Below, in pieces: positions 20,023 to 28,213 of a DNA stretch of 64,000 nucleotides. The stretch lies in contig JAJVHV010000030.1 in the NCBI GenBank assembly GCA_022072445.1, forward strand, positions 5,971-69,970, in the 5' to 3' direction. Within the stretch, counting starts at the first letter, position 1; the number at the start of each line of letters is the position of its first letter. The notes beneath the pieces are model-generated. The model worked only from the letters and a program-made list of their open reading frames with translations. It had not been told where the DNA came from and made no database searches. The position numbers and the translations under genes are program-made. The stretch is from Phycisphaerae bacterium (lineage in GTDB: Bacteria; Planctomycetota; Phycisphaerae; UBA1845; Fen-1342).

Positions 20023-21333
20023 TTGCCCGCCTCGCGCCCCGAGGATAGCATGCACAACTGTCGCCCCTCGGGTCTGGTCCGTGTCGCGGAGAGCCGCTTG
20101 CTCGCGCAGTCTGCCTCGTGGTCGGCGTGGCTCTGGCCCGCCATCACGCTTCTCATCGGTCTCGTCTGGCTCCGCCGGCACGCCGACCTGAACACCGCCC
20201 AGCGCGAGAAAGTCCTCACCCCCGACGACGCCGGCTCGTCCGACGCCGCGACGCTGTTCGCCTCGTCAGGCGGCGCGAGCGCGGCGTCCGTGGCGTGGCC
20301 GCGCGTCTCGATGCTGGTGGCGGCCAAAGACGAGGAGGCCAACATCGGCCGCTGCATCGCCGGCCTTCGCGCTCAGGATTACCCGAATCTCGAACTGATC
20401 TTCGTCAACGATCGCAGCACCGACCGCACACCGCAACTGATCGACGCTGCCGCCGCCGCCGACCCGCGGATCGTCGCGTGCCACGTCAAGGAGCTGCGCG
20501 CCGGCTGGTTCGGCAAGAACAACGCGATGCGCGAGGGCGCCGCCCGCGCCGGCGGCGAGTATCTGTGCTTCTCCGACGCGGATTGTGCCTTCGACGCGCC
20601 CCAGCTCGTCCGAGCTGCCGTGCGTCACGCCGTGACCGAGCGCATCGACTTCCTCTCCGTCCTGCCGCGCCTGGAGGCCGTCAGCTTCTGGGAACGCGTC
20701 ATCCAGCCGGTCGCCGGCGGCGTTCTGCTCATCTGGTACCCGCCCCGGCGCGTCAACGACCCGAACTCGCCGACGGCCTACGCCAACGGTGCTTTCATGC
20801 TCCTGCGCCGCTCGACGTATGACGCGCTCGGCGGCCACGAGCACGTGCGCACGCAAGTCAACGAGGACATGCACCTGGCACGGCGCGCCAAGAGCGCCGG
20901 TTTTACGCTCCGCTCGATCCGCAGTCAGGGGCTCTATCGCGTCCGCATGTATGCCGGCTTCGCGCAAATCTGGCGCGGCTGGAGCCGCATTTTCTACGGC
21001 TGCTTCGGCACATTCCCGCGCCTGCTGGCGACGCTGGTCTTCCTCGCCCTCTTCAGCCTCTCGCCCTACGTCACGCTGGCGGCGTCCGCGGCGACGCAGA
21101 GCGCCGCCGGCGTCGCTGCCAGTCTGCTCACCATCGGCGCGCAGCAGAGCGTACTCTGGCGCTTCTGGCGGTTATCCGGAATCCCCGCCCCCTGGGCTCT
21201 CACGTACCCGCTCGGCGCCGCCGTCTGTGCCGGGATGGTGATCGCGGCAATGGCCAAGCTGGGCGGCCTGACGACGACCACCTGGCGCGGCACGACCTAC
21301 CGCGGGCAGACGCTTCACAACACGTCCGCGTAG
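20023..21333 (+). CDS. family 2 glycosyltransferase, membrane bound
   Basis: VSMLVAAKDEEANIG...FVNDRSTD...FSDADC (DXD) ...QVNEDMHL, with C-terminal TM helices. Confidence 0.8.
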   Translation: MPASRPEDSMHNCRPSGLVRVAESRLLAQSASWSAWLWPAITLLIGLVWLRRHADLNTAQREKVLTPDDAGSSDAATLFASSGGASAASVAWPRVSMLVAAKDEEANIGRCIAGLRAQDYPNLELIFVNDRSTDRTPQLIDAAAAADPRIVACHVKELRAGWFGKNNAMREGAARAGGEYLCFSDADCAFDAPQLVRAAVRHAVTERIDFLSVLPRLEAVSFWERVIQPVAGGVLLIWYPPRRVNDPNSPTAYANGAFMLLRRSTYDALGGHEHVRTQVNEDMHLARRAKSAGFTLRSIRSQGLYRVRMYAGFAQIWRGWSRIFYGCFGTFPRLLATLVFLALFSLSPYVTLAASAATQSAAGVAASLLTIGAQQSVLWRFWRLSGIPAPWALTYPLGAAVCAGMVIAAMAKLGGLTTTTWRGTTYRGQTLHNTSA

Positions 21334-21366
21334 GGCGCCGCGCCGCCGCGCCAGATCGCGCGATGC

Positions 21367-22365
21367 TCACCCGGCAGGTTCGCCGCACGAGCAGACCGGG
21401 GGCTCAGTCTGAATGAGCAGGCCAGTCGGCAGCGGCTCACCGCCAACGTCGGTTTCGAACAGCTCTGCCGCGAGGATGCGGTAGTTGCGCCCGTAGCGCT
21501 CGCACTCCGCGTCCGCCCACTCCAGCCCGAAGCCCAGCAATTGCCCGCTCGCCAGGTCGTCGGGCCAGCCCAGGCCGGCCGCCGAAAGCGGCAGGTCGAG
21601 CACGAGGAATATCTGCTCGCCATCAGACGGAACATCGACGACCAGATAGCGCTCGTCGCCAAAGGACTCGAGCGGCATCCCGGCCCGCAACCGGACGGCG
21701 GCCAGGCGGAAGACCTCGCATTCCCGCTGTCGGCCGGCGGACGCGGAAAACTCGGCGAGCACGAAGACGCGCAGTACGACCGGATTGCCGGGCCGATAGA
21801 CGTGCGGAATCGCGGCGCGCCAGCCAACCGGATACTCCAGCGTCGGGCTTGAAACGAGCAGCGCGTCGGCCGCGACCTGCCCTTCCTCCGCCGACGCACC
21901 CCGCGCGCCGCCGCGATTGTTCGGATCGCGCGGCGTTCCGTCGGCGCCGAGCGTGACGAAGTCGTCGATGAATACGTCAAAAAGCGGCGCAGCGCTCAGC
22001 CCTGGCGGACCTGGCTCGCCCGGCGGCCCCTGCTCACCGGGTGCCCCCGGTTCGCCCGGTGCTCCCGGCGGCCCAGCGGCACCGTCCTCGCCTTGCGGTC
22101 CCGATGGGCCGGCTGGCCCATCGGCGCCTGGAATGGCGCGCCCCGCCGCCTCCTCCAGTGCCTGATTCAGCTCGTCGTCGAACGCCTGGCGCTGGGCGTC
22201 GAGTGCCGCCAGTGCGATCAGCGCCGCGCCCGACGAGAACAGCAGATCGCGCCCATAATCCTGAAGAAAGAAAGCCGAACCGGGGCTGCATCCGACGCTG
22301 ACGCCGAACATCGCCGCCAGCGCGCAGAATCGGCGCCCGCGGCGGAATCGCCGCTTGTTTCGCAT
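21367..22365 (-). CDS. secreted collagen-like (Gly-X-Y triple-helix repeat) protein with C-terminal globular domain
   Basis: Signal peptide [28 protein letters not shown]; 16 uninterrupted G-X-Y triplets [43 protein letters not shown]. Confidence 0.7.
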   Translation of the reverse strand: MRNKRRFRRGRRFCALAAMFGVSVGCSPGSAFFLQDYGRDLLFSSGAALIALAALDAQRQAFDDELNQALEEAAGRAIPGADGPAGPSGPQGEDGAAGPPGAPGEPGAPGEQGPPGEPGPPGLSAAPLFDVFIDDFVTLGADGTPRDPNNRGGARGASAEEGQVAADALLVSSPTLEYPVGWRAAIPHVYRPGNPVVLRVFVLAEFSASAGRQRECEVFRLAAVRLRAGMPLESFGDERYLVVDVPSDGEQIFLVLDLPLSAAGLGWPDDLASGQLLGFGLEWADAECERYGRNYRILAAELFETDVGGEPLPTGLLIQTEPPVCSCGEPAG

Positions 22366-22503
22366 TCCATGCTCCGCAAGCCCGACAGGGTGACGGCAAA
22401 CCGGCGCCGATCGACGCCGGCGCCGCGAGATCTGAGCCCTCGCTGGAACTATAGGCGCCACCCAGGTGGGATCAAGCCGCGGCTGCCCTCGTGTGTTGAT
22501 TTT

Positions 22504-23475
22504 CTAGGACAGGTCAGTCGGCTTGCGGGCGGCGATCCAGAAATTGTCGCTGAGTGGATTCGCTTTCACCGAAATGACCTCGAATCCGACATTGACGATC
22601 AGGCGGCCAAGCGTCGCCGGTGAGAAGTATTGCACGTGCTCGGGCCAGCGATAACCCGACCAGCGTGCTCCGAGAACGCGGCGCAGCAGGCAGTCGTAAT
22701 TCGGCGTTTTGTGAACCGTCACGCCGCCCGGCCGCAGCAGCTCGAACAGCCGGCGCAACACCGGCGCGGGGCGCGGCTCGTGTTCCAGATAGCTGACGGT
22801 GACAGCCAGGTCGAACGAGCCGCGTTCAAGGTCGAAATCCGCCAGCCGGCCGCACAAGACGCGCTCCGCACCCATCCGCCGCGCGGCACGCGACGCCATC
22901 TTCGGCGACGGCTCGACGCCGATCGCGTCGTACCCCCAGCGCAGCGCCAGGGCCGGCAGGCGCCCGTCTCCGCAGCCGACGTCGATCATCCGCGCGCGGC
23001 GCGTGCCGCTTGGCACTTCGGTTCCGCTCGGCGCTGCGCGCGTGCCGCTGGGCGCTGCGCGCGTGGCGTGAAGCTCACTCGGCGTCGCGCCCAGGCTCCC
23101 GTCGACGGCGATGGTCGGCGGGGCGCTGCGGCGAATCCAGCGCAGGGCGCGCGCTTCGCGGCTGGGCTTCATGAAGAGCACGGACATCGTCCAAGCCCGC
23201 GCGAAGGGGTTGCGCATCCAGCGCTCCATCCGCTCGCGCTTGAACGACTCGCTCCACTCGAACTCGGTGTCGATCGCCTCGTCGGTCGGATACTCGGGCA
23301 TGTACGGCAGCCCGCAGCCGGCGCAGCCGACCAGCCGCCAGCGGTCGTGCCGCAGCAGTTCGGCGCCGCCGACAGCGTCGCACACAGGGCAGGGGCGCGA
23401 TTCGGTCCGTTCGGCGGAGTGCGCGTCGCCGGCCCTGATCGTGCGAGGCTCAGTCATTCCGGCACCTCGCGCCAC
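22504..23475 (-). CDS. class I SAM-dependent methyltransferase with N-terminal zinc ribbon
   Basis: CPVCDA...CAGCG zinc ribbon; SAM motif I VIDVGCGDGRL and a post-I acidic residue. Confidence 0.8.
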   Translation of the reverse strand: MARGAGMTEPRTIRAGDAHSAERTESRPCPVCDAVGGAELLRHDRWRLVGCAGCGLPYMPEYPTDEAIDTEFEWSESFKRERMERWMRNPFARAWTMSVLFMKPSREARALRWIRRSAPPTIAVDGSLGATPSELHATRAAPSGTRAAPSGTEVPSGTRRARMIDVGCGDGRLPALALRWGYDAIGVEPSPKMASRAARRMGAERVLCGRLADFDLERGSFDLAVTVSYLEHEPRPAPVLRRLFELLRPGGVTVHKTPNYDCLLRRVLGARWSGYRWPEHVQYFSPATLGRLIVNVGFEVISVKANPLSDNFWIAARKPTDLS

Positions 23476-24101
23476 GTTCGCACCTCTGCGGCGACTGCTC
23501 CGAAGCCGACCGGGAACGCGTTCTCAAGCTCGCCTATAGTCCTCGCGACTCGCTCGCAATGCTCAACCGCGCATTTCGTTGCAAGCTCGAGCGAAGGACG
23601 ATCCGTACCGTAGACCGAGTTCTTGAGTTCACGCATCCGCGATCGCGCCGTCGTGCGTGCCCGTAAGTCCCGTATCCAGGCGACTTCCGTCGCGTGTGGA
23701 TCAATGCCGCAACGGTACCATGCTTCGATGGCAGGCATCGCCACACCGATGGCTACGCTGAACGGCGCGCGTCCGACGACATGCTTCAGCATGTCGCGCG
23801 TCTGGTGAACTTCCCGGCGTACTACGCAAAGTCGGCATCGGTCCGTCGCGCAATTTGCCGCAGGACCGCCTTCGTGTGGCGGCGACCCATTCGAATCAAC
23901 GACTACCACCAAACCTCGCACGTCGCTTTGATAGTACAGGGCGCGCATGACTCCTGGCAGCATCTGATACACGTTGGGCCAGCCACGCGCCCGAAAAGGT
24001 GGGTGCTCTGGCGGTTTTGTCGTCAATCCGAGGATCGCGTTTGCCAGAACGCGCAGTGCGGCTTCGTCGGCCGGGGATTCACTCAGAATTGCCACCTTCA
24101 T
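23454..24101 (-). CDS. DUF4276-like (TOPRIM-like) protein, partner of the upstream ABC-type ATPase
   Basis: MKVAILSESPADEA...GLVVVVDSNGS (Glu in strand 1 and a later acidic cluster, as in TOPRIM/DUF4276). Its ATG overlaps the ATPase stop as ATGA. Confidence 0.55.
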   Translation of the reverse strand: MKVAILSESPADEAALRVLANAILGLTTKPPEHPPFRARGWPNVYQMLPGVMRALYYQSDVRGLVVVVDSNGSPPHEGGPAANCATDRCRLCVVRREVHQTRDMLKHVVGRAPFSVAIGVAMPAIEAWYRCGIDPHATEVAWIRDLRARTTARSRMRELKNSVYGTDRPSLELATKCAVEHCERVARTIGELENAFPVGFGAVAAEVRTWREVPE

Positions 24102-25090
24102 GGCCTGCTCGGAACGCCGCCGAGCACACCCGTGTACCACGCGTCGCCGAGCGGCGCCTGCTGCAATATCTCGTCAATGTCCGGCCGGTCAATGAGCCGG
24201 GTGAACCTCGCTTCAAGGTCATGCTTGTCGGCGATGACCACGCACTCGGGATACTCGCGGAAGAGATCAAGAAAGTAAGGCGAGTGCGTCGTGGCAAGCA
24301 CCTGGACAGCCGGCCGGGCCGCCCCAACGGATTCCGGATGGCACAGCCGGAAGATCGCGTCGCGGACGTCCCGAAGCAGACGCGGGTGCAATCCGCGATC
24401 GGGCTCTTCAAGGCAGACCAGCGGAGGCGGCTCGGGCAGGTGGCTGAGCAGCAGCAGCGCCAGCGCGATCAACGTGCCGTGAGACAGGTCCTCGGCGGCG
24501 ATCTGATGCTTGCCGCTCACAGTCCGAAGTGCAACCGATTTCGCGTTCTGCTTGGGAACCAACTGCACATAATCGTACTCCGGAAGCCAGCGCCGGACTT
24601 CGGCGACGAACGACTCGAAGTTTTCGGGATGCAGGTCCTTGAGATTGTCGATCACCGAAGCGAGCTTTTCGCCACGCTCACCAAGTTCCGGCGATGGCTC
24701 TACGCCAGACGGCTGCTTGAGGACTTGGGCCTCAAATGTGAATGCGCGGATTCGAGAGAAGAACTCCTGGACGTTCGGACTCAGTTGACCGCGACTGGCC
24801 TGAGGATCGACCCATGCTCCCTTCTCCGAACCGGTTTCCCAAACACGCCTGACGACGTTGGAGTCAGAGAGTCGGCACGAAATCTCAATGCCGCGCTTCG
24901 GCGCGCCAACGGAAGCGGATCCGCTCAGTGCCCTACTGACTTTGCCCGCGAGCGCGAGGATGCCATCGACGGCAGTCGACTTCCCGGCACCGTTGGGACC
25001 CACCAGTAACGTGAACGGCCCTAACGGCAGCGTCGTGTCGCGCAGAACGCGAAAGTTCTTGAAATCAATGGATTCGATTGAGAGTGCCAT
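24098..25090 (-). CDS. AAA_21/ABC-type ATPase (OLD/RecF-like SMC-head ATPase)
   Basis: Walker A LLVGPNGAGKST, Walker B/D-loop LVCLEEPDRGLHP, H-loop ATTHSP. Confidence 0.85.
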   Translation of the reverse strand: MALSIESIDFKNFRVLRDTTLPLGPFTLLVGPNGAGKSTAVDGILALAGKVSRALSGSASVGAPKRGIEISCRLSDSNVVRRVWETGSEKGAWVDPQASRGQLSPNVQEFFSRIRAFTFEAQVLKQPSGVEPSPELGERGEKLASVIDNLKDLHPENFESFVAEVRRWLPEYDYVQLVPKQNAKSVALRTVSGKHQIAAEDLSHGTLIALALLLLSHLPEPPPLVCLEEPDRGLHPRLLRDVRDAIFRLCHPESVGAARPAVQVLATTHSPYFLDLFREYPECVVIADKHDLEARFTRLIDRPDIDEILQQAPLGDAWYTGVLGGVPSRP

Positions 25091-25181
25091 GTCCCTCGTA
25101 TCCTAGCACGCGCGCACTAGCCCACGCAAACACACGCCGCGCGCCCGCGCCACCTGGGCGGCCACTCCGACGATTCGGCTC

Positions 25182-26693
25182 TCAGGCGCTCCGCAGCCGC
25201 AGCACCGCGCACACAACGCGCGCCCCGAACCACACAACGATCAGCCCTCCCGCCATCGCACGCGCCGTGACGAGCAAATCGCCAAACGTGAACCGGCCAA
25301 CGATCGCCGTCTGATCGGCCCAGTACCAAAACGCCGCTCCCAGCCCCTCGCCCAGCGCGACGACCAGCACGAAGCCCGCCACCGCCGGCGGGATCGCCGC
25401 GGCGGACGCAAGCACACACAGGGCCGTGTAGCGGCGGATGTCGCGGCGCGGCCGCAGACCGACGAGCAGCGCCGCAACGCTGATGAGCAGCATCCCGGCG
25501 GCACGGATGCCGGCGAAGATCGCGAGCGGGACACATGCCACCAGCAGCCAGTTCCCGCCATTTCCGCCGCCGCGGGCTTCAAGTGCGTCAAGAGTCAAGG
25601 CGAGCGCGGCCAGCGGCGCAGGTATCGCCGCCAGCAGCGATAGCACGAGCGAAACGCCGAGTCGCACGTCGGCGGCGCGGACCACCAGTGCGGTGTCGGC
25701 GAGCATCTGCGGGCGCCGCATGACCCGCCACATGACGCGCAGCCAGTGCCAACGCGAGACCGGTGACCCGCCGATCGCCTCCCGCTCGGCCAGCGCGGCA
25801 AGCGTCGCGGCGATCGGCTGGCCACACTCGGGACACTGACCAGCGAGCGGCAAACCGACCAGCAGGTAGTCGCACCGGACACATCGCGGCGGGACGGCGA
25901 GCGGCTCGCCGCTGTCGGACGGCGCGGCGATGAGCCCGTCGGAAGCGAGTGCGAGAGGCGCTGTCGCGCTCGCCGCCGTTGGCCGTGGCGCGCCTCCGCG
26001 CCCGAGGCGCAGGACGATCGCGAACCACCACGCCATGACCAGCGCCGCCAGCGAAACCAGCAGCATTTCGAACTCATCGCCGTTCAGCTTGGGTCGCGCT
26101 GTGATCCAGGCGAACCCGACCACAAGCCATAGGACCGCGCCAAACGGCAGAATGGCGTTGCTCCACAGCCCAAGCTTGACGCACCGCGCCACCAGGCCGC
26201 CGGTTGTCTCGCGCACCGCGACCCACGGCACGGCGCACAGGCCGAGCACGACCGCAACCGCCGCGACGGCCAGAACCAGGCCCGGAAACGCAAGCACGTC
26301 GCCGAGCGGCGCGGAGCGCAGGTAGAGTGTCGAGACGACGCCCGCCACGATGCGCCGCGGCGGATCGAGCGGCCCGTCCAGCGCGGGCGGAAGCTCGGGC
26401 GGGCCCAGTGTGCCGTCGGTCCGAACGATCTTGATCTGCCACGGGCCGGGGTTCGGAGTGTAGAAAAGACTGTCTGCCAGTGCAACGACCAGAGTCGCCA
26501 GAGCTGACATCAGGACGTGCATGGCCAGCGTGCGGCGCCACGACACGCCGGCCAGCCTGGCGCCTGCACGAAGCGGTGTGAAGACGACTCTCCCCGCCAA
26601 AACGATGGGGTTGCTTCGACCGGCCGCGGCCTGCGCGGCGCCTTTCATCGGCGGAGCTGCGCGCAGCGGTTGGAAGACTGCGCCGTTGGTCAT
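25182..26693 (-). CDS. polytopic membrane protein with internal zinc ribbon
   Basis: Multiple TM segments; CVRCDYLL...CPECGQ; ATGA overlap with the upstream gene. Confidence 0.55.
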   Translation of the reverse strand: MTNGAVFQPLRAAPPMKGAAQAAAGRSNPIVLAGRVVFTPLRAGARLAGVSWRRTLAMHVLMSALATLVVALADSLFYTPNPGPWQIKIVRTDGTLGPPELPPALDGPLDPPRRIVAGVVSTLYLRSAPLGDVLAFPGLVLAVAAVAVVLGLCAVPWVAVRETTGGLVARCVKLGLWSNAILPFGAVLWLVVGFAWITARPKLNGDEFEMLLVSLAALVMAWWFAIVLRLGRGGAPRPTAASATAPLALASDGLIAAPSDSGEPLAVPPRCVRCDYLLVGLPLAGQCPECGQPIAATLAALAEREAIGGSPVSRWHWLRVMWRVMRRPQMLADTALVVRAADVRLGVSLVLSLLAAIPAPLAALALTLDALEARGGGNGGNWLLVACVPLAIFAGIRAAGMLLISVAALLVGLRPRRDIRRYTALCVLASAAAIPPAVAGFVLVVALGEGLGAAFWYWADQTAIVGRFTFGDLLVTARAMAGGLIVVWFGARVVCAVLRLRSA

Positions 26694-28204
26694 GGCTGAT
26701 CGTCCATCGCGCTTTCGTCCGGCTCGCTCACCGGAACGAGGCGCGGCTCGTTCGCGGGTGCGGCACGCGGACCTGCGTAATCGATGTCATCCAGCTCGCG
26801 CGACGGGTCGCGCTTGCCGCCGTCGTCGCGCGCGTTGTAGCCACACGAATAGAGTTGAATGCTCCCGTCGTCGCTGTGCACGTAGCGGAACGTCTGACCC
26901 GGAGTGATTGGATCGTCGGGAAGCGCCGCGAGGAATTCCGGGACCAGCTCGCGCAGCTCCGCCGGATAGCGATGATGCACGCGATGAAATCGCTGCAGGG
27001 CGATCAGGACGCTTATCGACCTCCATTGCGCCAGGTTGCCGAGCGGTATCTGGTACGTCCGCGTGCTGAAGGGATGCCCCCGGTCGGGTGACTGCCCCAG
27101 CAGCGGGCCGGCAGCGGCCGAGTACATCTCGACGGTTCTCAGTCCATCCAATCGAGCCACGGCCTGTCGATACGGCAGCTCCACCACCGATTCGGCCCGC
27201 TGGAAGAGCCGGTCGATGCGTGCTTCGATCGTGCGGCGGTCGTCGTAAATCGGCGAGAGCAGATTCCAAAGCCGGCTGCGCGCGGCCGGGGCCACGGACC
27301 CAGTGAAGGAAAGGGTGTACGTGTCGGGCTGGTCCGCCAGGACGAGCCAGCCGTTGCCATCGGCGCCGCGCGTGTAGCACATATTGACCATCAGCAGCAC
27401 GAGCCGGCGCTCGCCACGCAGCGCGCTCTGCCAGCTCGCTACGGCGTCTGGGGGCAATGCGACGAAGGCGCTCATGTCGGCCAGCAGGCCGTCGTCAGGC
27501 GAATTTTCCAGGAGCCACAAGGACGTTTCCGAGAGGGCCAGCGATTCGCATGCCACCCCGACCAGCATGTTGACCATGTAGACATGTTCGATGCCGCGTG
27601 AAATCGCAAGCGCGGCCCGCAAGCACTCCCAGGCCCTTCGCCCGTCGCGGCGCTCCTCGCGGAAGTAACGCGACGCACTACAGAGCAGCTTCACGGCGGC
27701 CCTGACCTCGGAGGAATGGATTGACGTACCGCTGTTGTCAGAGAAAAAAACGTCGATCACGAACGGCCGATCAGCCAAAGCGCACATGTCGGCGAGATGC
27801 GACTGCATCGCCGGATCGTCCAACGTGCGGATCATGCGGCGTAGCCCTGGGCGCTCTGCCGGCGACCAGGGACCTCGGCGCACGTCGTCATAGTCTAATT
27901 GATGAATGGGGCCGGATAGGGGGTCCCATGCAAACCCCGGCGGCGCTGGCTCATCGAACACCGGCGGAGCCGGCAGACGATCAAACAGCCGTCGCCACTC
28001 CGGCGTAGCGTCGTCGGGCCTGCGCGTCAGGTGCGCGGCACCGAGCGATGCGTAGTCGCCCAAACGAACGACACTGCGGCGGTTCCAGCGCTCGACGGCG
28101 AACTGGGAGAACGGTACCAGCAGCGCGATCAGGGCGATGGCAGCGATCAGCAGGACGGCTCTTCGCCCACGCCGCGCCGCCCGCCGGCCCGTCGCGCTGC
28201 TCAT
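26690..28204 (-). CDS. N-terminally membrane-anchored hypothetical protein
   Basis: MSSATGRRAARRGRRAVLLIAAIALIALLV signal-anchor; 504 aa with no motif; 9 bp downstream of the peptidase gene. Confidence 0.55.
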   Translation of the reverse strand: MSSATGRRAARRGRRAVLLIAAIALIALLVPFSQFAVERWNRRSVVRLGDYASLGAAHLTRRPDDATPEWRRLFDRLPAPPVFDEPAPPGFAWDPLSGPIHQLDYDDVRRGPWSPAERPGLRRMIRTLDDPAMQSHLADMCALADRPFVIDVFFSDNSGTSIHSSEVRAAVKLLCSASRYFREERRDGRRAWECLRAALAISRGIEHVYMVNMLVGVACESLALSETSLWLLENSPDDGLLADMSAFVALPPDAVASWQSALRGERRLVLLMVNMCYTRGADGNGWLVLADQPDTYTLSFTGSVAPAARSRLWNLLSPIYDDRRTIEARIDRLFQRAESVVELPYRQAVARLDGLRTVEMYSAAAGPLLGQSPDRGHPFSTRTYQIPLGNLAQWRSISVLIALQRFHRVHHRYPAELRELVPEFLAALPDDPITPGQTFRYVHSDDGSIQLYSCGYNARDDGGKRDPSRELDDIDYAGPRAAPANEPRLVPVSEPDESAMDDQP

Positions 28205-28213
28205 GTCACCGGC

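Noticed and set aside
18135-20357. 740-aa minus-strand ORF and the overlapping 488-aa plus-strand ORF (18725-20191)
   Set aside because: Arg/Ala/Pro-rich translations typical of out-of-frame or antisense reading of high-GC genes. The region is better explained by the membrane protein, SDR and GT2 genes, which have real motifs.
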